Assembly: GCA_051985995.1 (NCBI GenBank)
Contig: JBPYDU010000044.1
Span: forward strand, 2,794-66,793
DNA: 64,000 nucleotides
From: Candidatus Nitrosopolaris sp.
GTDB lineage: Archaea; Thermoproteota; Nitrososphaeria; Nitrososphaerales; Nitrososphaeraceae
Reading direction: 5' to 3'
A model generated the notes under the pieces. It was not told the DNA's origin. It saw only the letters and a program-made list of their open reading frames with translations, and searched no databases. The translations under genes were made by a program, and so were the position numbers. Below, one piece after another: positions 1-9,992 of this stretch (the stretch's first letter is position 1; each line of letters begins with the position of its first letter).

Positions 1-749
1 TGCTTGCGGTCGATCATGGTTACTTTCTGGGACCAACGGAAAGACTAGAGAATCCTAGTAGAACTATAAAACCACTTTTACCGTATGCAGACTCATTGAT
101 GCTCACAAGGGGCGTTCTCCGAACGTCGGTAAATCCAAGCACGGATATTCCCATTGTATTGCGGGTTTCAGGAGGTAGTAGTATCATTGGCGAAGATCTT
201 TCTAGGGAAAGTATTACCACATCCGTTGAGGATGCCCTGAAACTTAATGCCTCTTGCGTTGCTCTTTCAATCTTTGTTGGAAGTAAGTATGAACATCAAA
301 CATTGACCAATTTGGCAAAACTTGTTGATGAAGGAGAAAGGTTTGGAATCCCAATTCTTGCCGTTACTGCCGTTGGTAAAGAAATGGCAAGAGATCACAG
401 ATATCTAGCACTTGCATGCAGAATCGCTGCCGAATTGGGAGCACATCTAATAAAGACATACTACTGCGAAAACTTTCAAAAGATCGTCGAGGGCTGCCCG
501 GTTCCTGTCATAATTGCTGGAGGCAAGAAATTTCCCAATGAGATCGATGCCTTACAGTTAGCGTTTGACGCAGTAGACAAAGGTGCAGCAGGAGTAGATA
601 TGGGCAGAAATATTTGGCAATCGGACTGTCCTGTGGCCATGATTAAAGCAGTAAGGGCAATCATACACGAGAATACAAACGTAAAAGAAGCTAATGACAT
701 CTTTACAAGAGAAAAAGAGCTCGAACAACAAGTAGTTAAGACCGCGTAG
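1..749 (+). CDS. lsrF: Class I aldolase-fold protein, LsrF-type thiolase (5'-truncated by window edge)
   Basis: Frame is open from base 3 (LAVDHGYFLGPTERLE). Motifs LRVSGGSSI, VGKEMARD, AELGA..IKTYY (Schiff-base Lys), CPVPVIIAGGKK and GVDMGRNIWQS match LsrF rather than archaeal AroA'/FbaB. Confidence 0.8.
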   Translation, partial: LAVDHGYFLGPTERLENPSRTIKPLLPYADSLMLTRGVLRTSVNPSTDIPIVLRVSGGSSIIGEDLSRESITTSVEDALKLNASCVALSIFVGSKYEHQTLTNLAKLVDEGERFGIPILAVTAVGKEMARDHRYLALACRIAAELGAHLIKTYYCENFQKIVEGCPVPVIIAGGKKFPNEIDALQLAFDAVDKGAAGVDMGRNIWQSDCPVAMIKAVRAIIHENTNVKEANDIFTREKELEQQVVKTA

Positions 750-930
750 TAAAGCGCCCTCGCCTATTCATATGTATTTTATTTTAGGACATTCATCTCT
801 TATGCTCTTATTCTTCCAAACGCCGGTGACAACTCCAAAGGGAAAGCCCAACTTTTAGAGAAAGCTGAGTATAATGATCATTAAACGCTAAACTGCGTCG
901 AGAGGATAATAAATTTTCGTTCTGGCCTAG

Positions 931-952
931 ACACAATCTTTATAAATTGTGT
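931..952 (+). promoter_or_regulatory. TATA box (TTTATAAA, 939-946) flanked by inverted repeat ACACAAT/ATTGTGT; candidate operator of the ilv/leu operon
   Basis: Sequence acacaat-ctttataa-attgtgt, about 180 bp upstream of ilvB. Confidence 0.5.
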
Positions 953-974
953 TGCTGAAAACATGCTGTCGAAA

Positions 975-1064
975 ATGCCTTATGCTAAAGGTGAAGAGGA
1001 TCATGTAGATCCTTCACAACTGCAAGTAAATGTTCGAAGCGTGGCAGTTGTAATGCTGCTGTAG
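975..1064 (+). CDS. Candidate leader peptide MPYAKGEEDHVDPSQLQVNVRSVAVVMLL (alternative in-frame ATG at 963)
   Basis: Manual translation. The ATG lies about 30 nt after the TATA box, the C-terminus is Val/Leu-rich, and the ORF overlaps the structured leader. Confidence 0.35.
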   Translation: MPYAKGEEDHVDPSQLQVNVRSVAVVMLL

Positions 1065-1127
1065 ATATAGCTCTGCACGTTGTTTTAGCAGGGCGTTATT
1101 TGAAAAGGAAATAGGTGAACTATAAAA

Positions 1128-2816
1128 GTGGTAGAAATGATCGGCGCGAAAGCTCTGATGCAAGCTCTCGAAAAGGAAGGTGTGGACATAGTGTTTGGAC
1201 TGCCAGGTGGGGCGAACCTGCCTATTTACGATGCTCTAGTCGATGCCAATCTCAGACATATACTTGTCAGGCACGAACAATCAGCGTCCCATATGGCGGA
1301 CGGCTATGCGAGAATAAAAAGAAAGGCCGGGGTATGTTTTGCAACTTCAGGTCCTGGCGCCACAAATATTATTACAGGTATTGCTACTGCATATGCTGAT
1401 TCTTCTCCAATGATAGCCGTAACCGGACAAGTACCGCTGGCAATGATTGGTAAGGATGCTTTCCAAGAGACAGATATTATCGGTGTTGCAAACCCCTGCA
1501 CAAAATATGCATTCCAACCAAGGTCTGCACATGAAATACCAGAGACTGTCAAAAAGGCCTTTTACATAGCGGAAAGCGGAAGGCCAGGACCTGTACTGAT
1601 AGATGTCCCCAAGGACGTACAACAGTCAAGCGCTGATATGAACTTCCCCGATCTTATTAAAGTAAGAGGATACAGTCCTGTGGTAGATGCAGACCTTTCT
1701 CAATTAGGGAAGTCAGTGGAAATTTTGCTAAATGCTGAGAGACCCATAATAATGGGTGGAGGAGGTGTCATTCTTTCGGGGGCTTTTTCCGAATTACAGG
1801 CAGTTGCAGAAATACTGATGGCTCCCGTCGTAACTACCTTTAAGGGTAAAGGATCGTTTCCTGAAAATCATCCTCTTGCAATGGGTCCTATCGGCATGCA
1901 TGGACACGCAGAGGCCAATAAAATGATTTTGGAGGCAGACTGTATATTGGCTATAGGCGCAAGATTTTCAGATAGATCGGTGGGGAGGTATGATGAATTT
2001 GGAAGGGGTATGAGCATAATACATATGGATGTTGACCCCGCGGAAATTGGCAAGAACAAATCGGTAGATGTGGCAGTTATCGGAGATGTAAAGTCGTCTC
2101 TGAGAACCCTTATCAAAATGCTCTCAAAGGTTATAGTAAAAAAAGATCAAGATAACACATGGTTGAGGAGAAGAAAGGAACTTATCGATCACTATGCAGA
2201 AACAATAAAGGATTATCCAAGAGATCTCACTGCCAGAAAGGCATTAAAAAAACTTAGGGAGATATTGCCGACTAATTCGATTGTGACCACTGAAGTAGGT
2301 CAGTGTCAGATGTGGGCATCATTACACTTTGATGTTATATCTCCTGGCACATTTTTCAGCTCAACCGGACTTGGGACTATGGGCTTCGGCTTTCCTGCTT
2401 CTATAGGTGCAAAGGCTGCTAGGCCAGAGGTACCTGTGGTGGATATAGCAGGCGATGGATCCTTTAACATGACCGAGAACTCTCTTGCTGTGTCTGTCCT
2501 TGATAATTTACCTGTAATTGTCTTTTTAATGAATAATTATATGCTAGGTATGGTGGCTCAATGGCAGAGAACGTTTTATAACAGACGTTATATGGGGGTC
2601 CACCAACGTAACTGCCCAGATTATGTAAAAATAGCACAAGCGTATAGCGCACAGGGCATTAGAGCTCAGTCTTTGTCAGAACTAGAAAAAGCAATTAGAT
2701 CAGCTCTCAAGATGGAAGTTGCTACTGTCATTGATATTGTCATAGACCCTGAGGAAGATGTTTATCCTTTCGTAGTACCAGGCACAGGTCTCAAAGACAT
2801 GGTTACAGGATCGTGA
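1128..2816 (+). CDS. ilvB: Acetolactate synthase large subunit
   Basis: FGLPGGA, RHEQ, ATSGPGATN, GRPGPVLID, TPP-binding GDGSFNM; SD-like AGGTGA at 1113-1118. Confidence 0.97.
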   Translation: MVEMIGAKALMQALEKEGVDIVFGLPGGANLPIYDALVDANLRHILVRHEQSASHMADGYARIKRKAGVCFATSGPGATNIITGIATAYADSSPMIAVTGQVPLAMIGKDAFQETDIIGVANPCTKYAFQPRSAHEIPETVKKAFYIAESGRPGPVLIDVPKDVQQSSADMNFPDLIKVRGYSPVVDADLSQLGKSVEILLNAERPIIMGGGGVILSGAFSELQAVAEILMAPVVTTFKGKGSFPENHPLAMGPIGMHGHAEANKMILEADCILAIGARFSDRSVGRYDEFGRGMSIIHMDVDPAEIGKNKSVDVAVIGDVKSSLRTLIKMLSKVIVKKDQDNTWLRRRKELIDHYAETIKDYPRDLTARKALKKLREILPTNSIVTTEVGQCQMWASLHFDVISPGTFFSSTGLGTMGFGFPASIGAKAARPEVPVVDIAGDGSFNMTENSLAVSVLDNLPVIVFLMNNYMLGMVAQWQRTFYNRRYMGVHQRNCPDYVKIAQAYSAQGIRAQSLSELEKAIRSALKMEVATVIDIVIDPEEDVYPFVVPGTGLKDMVTGS

Positions 2817-2826
2817 GAAAATAGCT

Positions 2827-3384
2827 GTGGTAACAACAACTGCACCCAGCACCCCGACACCACTAACTCCGTCTACTACCCTAAATGAAAAAATCGGGGA
2901 ATGGCATATATTGTCCGCTTTGCTTGAAAATAAACCCGGCGTACTGTTTAGGGTTACAAACCTTCTTCGAGCCCGGAATTTTAACATTGAAAGTATAACT
3001 GTGGGTTCCACCGAACAAGCCGATCTTTCGAGGATGACCATTACTCTTAATAGTGACGAAAGAACTCTTGATCAACTCGTAAAGCAGCTTAGAAAGTTAA
3101 TTGATGTGGTAGAAGTAAAAGTACTTGACACAGAAAAAACAGTTTATCGTGAGCTTGCCTTGATAAAAATGAAGGCTGGAGACCCCACTACTAGAATGGA
3201 AGTAACCAATTTCGCAGCTATTTTTAGAGCAAACATACTCGACATTGGAAAAGAGACAATTACTGTAGAGCTTACTGGAACGCCTAACAAAATAGAGGCA
3301 TTTAGGAATCTTGTCGAGCACTTCGGAATCACACAGATGGCCAGAACGGGTGTTTCTGCTCTGCCGCGAGGAGCTGAACTTTAG
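2827..3384 (+). CDS. ilvN: Acetolactate synthase small (regulatory, ACT) subunit
   Basis: ENKPGVLFRV..L.RARNFNIESITVG, QLRKLIDV, RELALIK, ARTG; directly follows ilvB. Confidence 0.95.
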   Translation: MVTTTAPSTPTPLTPSTTLNEKIGEWHILSALLENKPGVLFRVTNLLRARNFNIESITVGSTEQADLSRMTITLNSDERTLDQLVKQLRKLIDVVEVKVLDTEKTVYRELALIKMKAGDPTTRMEVTNFAAIFRANILDIGKETITVELTGTPNKIEAFRNLVEHFGITQMARTGVSALPRGAEL

Positions 3385-4899
3385 ATGTTAGGTGTTGACA
3401 GTAAAGTAAGAATATTTGATACAACGTTAAGAGACGGTGAACAAACACCGGGAGTATCAATAACTCCAGAGCAGAAGGTACAGATTGCAATCAAACTTGA
3501 TGAGCTTGGAATCGATGCAATCGAGGCTGGCTTTCCTGTTGTGTCACATGGAGAAACAGTTGCAATCAAGAATATAACCAAACAAGGACTAAAGGCAGAG
3601 ATTTGCGGCTTGGCCCGCGCTATGAAGTCAGACTTAGATGCGGTTATAAATTGCGACTTACCCTACGTTCACGTTTTTATTGCAACATCAGATATTCATA
3701 TGCAGTTCAAGCTAAGAATGAATCGACAACAGGTATTGGAAAAGGCTGTATGGGCGGTCGAATACGCCAAAAAACATGGTGTTCAGGTGGAATTTTCTGC
3801 TGAAGATGCAACACGATCTGACCGAGCGTTCTTAACACAGGTTTTCATGGCCGTGGCGAATGTGGGTGTTGATAGACTAGACATTCCGGACACAGTAGGG
3901 TATGCTACTCCCCAGTATATCGAGCAACTTGTCAAAGATGTAAAGACAATGACTAGGCTTCCCATTAGCATGCACTGTCATGATGATTTCGGTTTGGCCG
4001 TAGCTAACTCCATATCCGGAATAAACGCGGGTGCAGAATGTGCGCATGTAACGATAAACGGATTAGGCGAGCGAGCAGGTAATGCATCGCTTGAGGAATT
4101 TGTTATGGCACTTCAATGCCTCTACGGTAGGAAACATAATGTCAAGACTGAGTTGCTATATGAGACCTCCATATTTGTCTCAAATACGATGGGGATTGTT
4201 GTCCAACCAAATAAAGCAATAATCGGTGAAAACGCCTTTGGTCACGAATCAGGTATCCACACCCACGGGATTGTAAATAACCCTCTTACTTATGAACCAA
4301 TTAGTCCAGAGCTCGTGGGAAGAAAAAGATGGATGCAAGCAGGTAAACATGCTGGTGCTCATGGAATAAAGGCAATGCTTGAGGGTTTTGGCATCACCCC
4401 AACAGAAAAGGAGCTCTATGACATTGTGGAAAAACAAAAGAACCTTGCAGACAAGGGGAAATCTATCACGACTGCTGAGCTCCTATCTATAACAGGCGAT
4501 GTTATGCATAATAATAAATTCGAAGAGAAATTCAAACTCTATGATTTTCATATCGTTACTGGGATGAATATAATACCGACCGCTGTGGTTAGATTGCATA
4601 CTGAAGACAAGGATTACATTGCCTCAGAAATTGGGGTCGGTCCTGTGGATGCTGCTCTGAAGGCAATACAAAAGATTGCAGGAGAAATGGCGAACATAAC
4701 GATCCGGGAATACAGGCTAGACTCTATTACAGGAGGGTCCGATGCCTTAGCGGAGGTGTCAGTGAAGGTGGAGGACAAAAACGGCAATGTTGTTTCTGCA
4801 AGAAATGCTGGCGAGGATGTCGTGGTCGCTTCAGTTCAGGCTATGATGGACGCAATTAACAAAGTGATGCTGCAAAAAGTATTCTATTCAAGGAATTAA
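3385..4899 (+). CDS. leuA: 2-isopropylmalate synthase (LeuA/CimA family)
   Basis: [29 protein letters not shown] and a C-terminal regulatory domain (GVGPVDA). Citramalate synthase specificity cannot be excluded. Confidence 0.88.
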   Translation: MLGVDSKVRIFDTTLRDGEQTPGVSITPEQKVQIAIKLDELGIDAIEAGFPVVSHGETVAIKNITKQGLKAEICGLARAMKSDLDAVINCDLPYVHVFIATSDIHMQFKLRMNRQQVLEKAVWAVEYAKKHGVQVEFSAEDATRSDRAFLTQVFMAVANVGVDRLDIPDTVGYATPQYIEQLVKDVKTMTRLPISMHCHDDFGLAVANSISGINAGAECAHVTINGLGERAGNASLEEFVMALQCLYGRKHNVKTELLYETSIFVSNTMGIVVQPNKAIIGENAFGHESGIHTHGIVNNPLTYEPISPELVGRKRWMQAGKHAGAHGIKAMLEGFGITPTEKELYDIVEKQKNLADKGKSITTAELLSITGDVMHNNKFEEKFKLYDFHIVTGMNIIPTAVVRLHTEDKDYIASEIGVGPVDAALKAIQKIAGEMANITIREYRLDSITGGSDALAEVSVKVEDKNGNVVSARNAGEDVVVASVQAMMDAINKVMLQKVFYSRN

Positions 4900-4931
4900 G
4901 TTTATACCCTGTCAAATAATGTGACTGTTGA

Positions 4932-5957
4932 TTGGTAAGGTATAACATTGCGCTAATAGCTGGTGACGGAGTGGGTCCAGAGCTTGCTACATCTGCGAGA
5001 ATGATACTCGAAACAATAAACGATAATAGTAACGTTAAATTTAGTATAAGAAAGGTAGACGCAGGTGACGGAGCTCTAGCCAAATACGGTAAAGCTTTAC
5101 CGCAATTTAGCACAGATTCAATACGAAAGTCACAAGCATGTTTAAAAGGACCTGTAGGAGAAAGCGCAGCAGATGTGATTCTCATTTTACGACGACGATA
5201 CGACCTGTACGCAAATGTTAGGCCGGCAAAGTCGTATCCTAATATTCCATATCTTTCTGCAGGCGTTGATTTAGTAATAATACGAGAAAATACGGAGGAC
5301 GTTTATTTAGGATGGGAATTTGATGCTGATGAGAATACGGTAGTAGGACTGAGAGTAACATCCGAAAAGGCGTCGAAACGTGTTGCACAGTATGCTTTTA
5401 AAACAGCCATGCTTCGGAATAAAAAGAAGAGAGTCGTAACTGTACACAAAGCCAACGTCTTACGAAGGGGTGACGGATTATTTGCAAGAACCTGCAATTT
5501 AATCTCACGAGATTATCCCGATATTGTCTTTAGCGAATCATATGTAGATACTTGCGCCATGAATTTGATCCGGAATCCCGAAGAGTTTGATGTTATTTTG
5601 ACAACGAACCTTTACGGTGATATACTATCCGATGAGGCCTCGCAGGTAGTAGGGGGGCTTGGATTGGGCCCGGCTGCTAATATCGGCGAGTCCTTCGCGC
5701 TGTTCGAACCGGTTCATGGAGCAGCATTCGATATAGCTGGAAAAAATCTAGCAAATCCATCTTCCATTTTATTATCTACGAAGATGATGCTAGAATGGCT
5801 AGCAGACAAATATGGTGATAAGGGCGCGTTTAAAGAGGGTCAGCGTATAGAAGCCGCTATGATTATGCTGTTAAGAAAAAACAGAAAAACCAAAGATATT
5901 GGTGGCAAACTTACGACTACCGAATTTACGAAGCTATTATCTCTTTCAATGTACTAG
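4932..5957 (+). CDS. leuB: 3-isopropylmalate dehydrogenase family
   Basis: GDGVGPE, LYANVRP, RENTED, VHKAN, NLYGDILSD, FEPVHG; operon context. Confidence 0.88.
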   Translation: MVRYNIALIAGDGVGPELATSARMILETINDNSNVKFSIRKVDAGDGALAKYGKALPQFSTDSIRKSQACLKGPVGESAADVILILRRRYDLYANVRPAKSYPNIPYLSAGVDLVIIRENTEDVYLGWEFDADENTVVGLRVTSEKASKRVAQYAFKTAMLRNKKKRVVTVHKANVLRRGDGLFARTCNLISRDYPDIVFSESYVDTCAMNLIRNPEEFDVILTTNLYGDILSDEASQVVGGLGLGPAANIGESFALFEPVHGAAFDIAGKNLANPSSILLSTKMMLEWLADKYGDKGAFKEGQRIEAAMIMLLRKNRKTKDIGGKLTTTEFTKLLSLSMY

Positions 5958-6341
5958 GGCTTTTCGAGATGACTGGCTAACGACAGTCATTCCTTGGATC
6001 GTCATCGCGCTATTAAGCAACGAACATGAAGACTAGGGGAAGTCGCAAATAAGGCCTCCTGAAAACTTGCTGCATAGAGCTTGTCCTCGATCAATTGCAG
6101 AAAGGGGATGGGATGGAGGCGTCAGCGACGGAAAGCAAGATAATTGTGTGTTTATTTGGCAATCAATCGTAATGCATTTCGTAGCCGCATAATTTCTGCT
6201 AACCTTCAGGAACAATTCAAACGGTACACATTTTTTTCGGTGGTGATTGTAGAAATACTCTGATGTATAGCACGTACACGATTGGAATATGGAGCGAAAT
6301 CGGGATAGCGCATATATAGAACAATTTCACACTCAATCGCA

Positions 6342-7346
6342 ATGTCTGCCAAAAGATGGCTGGATCATGAGGTAAAAATCGATCCAATAAGACACCAAAC
6401 TGTCGCAGTGATCGGCTACGGTATTCAGGGTCGTGCCCAAGCGAGTAATATGAAAGATTCCGGAATCGACGTGATTATTGGTCTGAGAAAAGATGGAAAG
6501 AGTTGGAAATTGGCACAGCAAGACGGTCACAACGTAATGGGCCTCTCCGAGGCCGCAGCTGGCGCTGATATCGTCCATATTTTGATTCCGGACATGGAAC
6601 AGGCAGACACATACGCCAAGTATATTGCCCCAAATATGAGAGCTGGAAAGGCACTTAGCTTTTCTCACGGAGCGGCGATTCATTGGAAGTGGATAGTTGC
6701 ACCGGAAATCGTGGATGTGATACTGGTAGCCCCCAAGGGCCCGGGACAACTAGTGCGAGAATTATATCAACAAGGGTTTGGCACCCCATCTTTAGTGGCC
6801 GTGTATCAGGATCATTCAAAAATGGCGTGGGATAGGGTATTGGCAATGGCAAAAGGTATTGGTAGTACAAGACCAGGAGTACTTCAAACTTCCTTTGAAG
6901 AGGAGGTTGAAACAGACTGGTTTGGTGAGCAAGTAGATCTTTGTGGCGGCGCCCACTCTCTAGTGACGTATGCTTTTGAGACGCTGGTTCAGGCCGGATA
7001 TCAACCCGAAGTTGCGTACTTCGAATGTATCCACGAACTGAAATTGATAGTAGATCTTATTCAAAAATATGGTATTACTGGAATGTATAACCGCGTAAGT
7101 GAAACGGCGAGATATGGTGGATTGACCAGAGGGCCAAGGGTGGTTGATGAGGAATCAAGGAGAAAAATGAAGGAAATCCTAAAAGAAATTCAATCAGGGC
7201 AGTTTGCAGAAGAATGGGTCAGCATTTACAAGAAAGAGGGAAAAAATTCGTTTGTTCGATATATGAAGGATCTTGAAAATCATCAAGTAGAAAAGGTTGG
7301 AAAAGATATGCGTAAGATGATGTGGCCGAATTCACAGGAGAATTAA
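6342..7346 (+). CDS. ilvC: Ketol-acid reductoisomerase
   Basis: IGYGIQG, FSHG, APKGPG, ETDWFGEQ..LCGG, YFECIHELKLIVDL; TATA-like TATATAGA about 22 nt upstream. Confidence 0.97.
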   Translation: MSAKRWLDHEVKIDPIRHQTVAVIGYGIQGRAQASNMKDSGIDVIIGLRKDGKSWKLAQQDGHNVMGLSEAAAGADIVHILIPDMEQADTYAKYIAPNMRAGKALSFSHGAAIHWKWIVAPEIVDVILVAPKGPGQLVRELYQQGFGTPSLVAVYQDHSKMAWDRVLAMAKGIGSTRPGVLQTSFEEEVETDWFGEQVDLCGGAHSLVTYAFETLVQAGYQPEVAYFECIHELKLIVDLIQKYGITGMYNRVSETARYGGLTRGPRVVDEESRRKMKEILKEIQSGQFAEEWVSIYKKEGKNSFVRYMKDLENHQVEKVGKDMRKMMWPNSQEN

Positions 7347-8374
7347 CATCTTCGACTCAAATACAAAGCGAGTTAATGATCGTTTCCTTTCTCTCCACTC
7401 CTGTTACATTAGAGGGCCATACCTGCGCCCCCCCGATTTTTGTTGAAAGTAGAAACGGAGATAGCTCAGAAGGACACCCTCCACTGGCGGAAGTAGGGTA
7501 GATAAAAAAGGTACAATCAGTTCTCGTTCTAGATGGGTGGATATGTGTCAATAGACGATGACGTAGTCGAATACGCCATGACGACGAATATGACATTTCT
7601 GCAGCTTCCAGTAACCGAAAGCATGAAAAAGGCGAATATCTAGGACGAAAGTCAAACGGCCAGAGTACAATCTTGAAAATGAGGATTTGGATGCTTTATT
7701 TTCTTGTCAATCCATATTAGTAATACCATACTCAAAAATCCTACCTCAGAGACGTCCGGAATTGTGACAAACTATTTCTTAACTCCCAAAGTCCTGTTTT
7801 TGAGCCTCATATGCCTTCCATGACATTTTCTGCACCTCGCGGAAGAGATGGGATTCCTAACACCGCATTTAAAGCAGATTTTAAAGAACAGTCTGCGCTG
7901 CTGTGCGATTTGTTTTTTGGTAGCATCGGTTATCGGCAATATTTTCGTCGTCTACCCATGGACAAAGGCTTGATTTGTACCTTTCTATTTTTGTGGCAAG
8001 ACAAATGGAGTATGAATGAATAGCAATATTTGGGCAGAGGTTTTCGTGCGAGTGATGTCTAATTCAAGGAGGTATCGCGGGTCCTGCACGACAAAGCTTA
8101 ATCCCTTCTGCAAAAGAGGCTTTCTTTCTAGTTTTCTTATTCGGTCTCAGTTCGTCTTGAAGTTAGAAAATTGAGGAAACACCACTCTTCGCATCTGTTT
8201 AATACCTTAGTAGTTTCGTCTGACGACCTGCACGTGTGACTATTACTGTCATCCCGTTTTTCACAATTTCTTTTGATTTGCTCCCATAACAAGTACTCTT
8301 TTTTCAGGATTCTTACACCTGTGCTCGGCTAAAAAACGAGGAATAGTTTTAAACTTTGGGCTTGTCCATATCCT

Positions 8375-8680
8375 GTGCAGGACTATTTTGAAATAGATCG
8401 TCTGATCGAAGATCTCGCTAAAATATATTCTACTGCATGCGCTACCACGTGGTTTAAGCTAGCGAAAACCAAGTGGCCCACGAGGGTAGAGTTCCGCACC
8501 AAAGTTGTCGAATTCATGGAACATTTCGAATATACATTGTCGACCTTTCCTCAAGGGCCAGAAATCGATCAATTTAGAGATTACGCTAGGAGAATCCTAC
8601 GAAAGGAGATAGAAAAGGTGCTTCAAGGCGATAACAAAGAAGTTGAACGACGTTATAAGTACTATGTAGAGTACAATTAG
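8375..8680 (+). CDS. Conserved hypothetical protein
   Basis: 101 aa with natural helical composition; TTTTAAAC TATA-like box about 20 nt upstream. Confidence 0.7.
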   Translation: MQDYFEIDRLIEDLAKIYSTACATTWFKLAKTKWPTRVEFRTKVVEFMEHFEYTLSTFPQGPEIDQFRDYARRILRKEIEKVLQGDNKEVERRYKYYVEYN

Positions 8681-8849
8681 TTAGGTGTAATTTTGCGTAC
8701 GTATCATCGGCCTGTGTGGAAGGCAATAGCTGCGATCTATCCCGTATCTCGCGTCTCGTACTAACTCATTCGGTTTCAGCTTATATCCGCTCTAGAGGTC
8801 CTTTGACGTTATCAAAAAGGTTTTAAACTTCAGATAGGGGAATTTCGAT

Positions 8850-9983
8850 ATGCGAATTACATTATCAGCAATTAAAGCAGACATTGGAGGAATCGGGGGT
8901 CACACTCGTCCAAGTGACGAACTGGTTGGGACAGTTAGAACCTTTGTAGGAAGAAAGGCAAAAGATTTGCTACTCGATTATTATGTGGGATATACGGGGG
9001 ATGATATTCATATTATCATGAGTCACACTCTCAGCGTCGATAACGATCGAGTACATAAACTTGCTTGGGATGCATTTACAGAAGGCACTAGAGTTGCTAA
9101 GGAACAAGGCTTGTACGGTGCCGGCCAAGACCTCCTGAAGGATTCGTTTTCAGGAAATGTGAGAGGAATGGGTCCAGGCGTAGCAGAGATTGAGATGGAA
9201 GAGCGTCCAAGTGAAGTTTTTTGTATCTTTGCAGCAGACAAGACCGAACCAGGTGCGTTTAACTTCCCACTGTGGCGAATATTTGTCGACGCAAGAAGTA
9301 ATACGGGTCTCCTTATTAATGAAAAGCTGGCTGCTGGAGTAACCTTCAGGATTATGGATGTGATTGCTGGTACGATAGCGGACCTAAAAATGTGGCAGGA
9401 CAAGCCAGAACTCGAAGCCGCACTAATGTATCCTGGAAGGTATGTAATACAATCGGTTCTCTCATCCGACGGTGAACATATTGTCTCAGCATCGACTGAC
9501 AGATTACATAACATTGCAGGCACGTATGTGGGGAAGGATGATCCGATAGCTATCGTGAGAACGCAAAAGGATTTTCCAGCAACCGAGGAAGCAGGCAGCG
9601 CATTTAACAATCCCCATTTTGTAGCAGGAAATACGAGGGGCAGCCATCATATGCCGCTCACGCCAGTCAAATTGAATTCCGCAGCTAGCCTAAACTATTC
9701 CTTACCAATTGTTTCGTGCTTAGTATTCAGCATGCATGATGGAAAAATGACCGGTCCACATGACGGGTTTGGCACTACAGACTGGGATCTACAACGAATG
9801 TTGGCAGCTGAAAGAGCGATAATCATGCGTAACCAAGGATTCATTCATCCTGCGACACTAGTGCCTGAAGAACTGGAGTACAATAAGGGGTATGAAGCGA
9901 GAATGGCAAAACTTAACAAGAAATTCAAGCCTCTAGCAGAAGAATCTAACCAGACCAAACAGAATAGACAAGTACAAACATAG
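8850..9983 (+). CDS. fbp: Bifunctional fructose-1,6-bisphosphate aldolase/phosphatase
   Basis: IKADIGG..GH, GLYGAGQDLL.DSFSGNV.GMGPG, DKTEPGAFN, YVGKDDP. Confidence 0.96.
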   Translation: MRITLSAIKADIGGIGGHTRPSDELVGTVRTFVGRKAKDLLLDYYVGYTGDDIHIIMSHTLSVDNDRVHKLAWDAFTEGTRVAKEQGLYGAGQDLLKDSFSGNVRGMGPGVAEIEMEERPSEVFCIFAADKTEPGAFNFPLWRIFVDARSNTGLLINEKLAAGVTFRIMDVIAGTIADLKMWQDKPELEAALMYPGRYVIQSVLSSDGEHIVSASTDRLHNIAGTYVGKDDPIAIVRTQKDFPATEEAGSAFNNPHFVAGNTRGSHHMPLTPVKLNSAASLNYSLPIVSCLVFSMHDGKMTGPHDGFGTTDWDLQRMLAAERAIIMRNQGFIHPATLVPEELEYNKGYEARMAKLNKKFKPLAEESNQTKQNRQVQT

Positions 9984-9992
9984 TGGCCACAA

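Noticed and set aside
6036-6140. Resemblance to RNase P RNA or a c-di-GMP-I riboswitch (GGGGAAGTC, GCAAA..GCCTCC)
   Set aside because: Only short word matches; the remaining conserved elements and expected length are absent.
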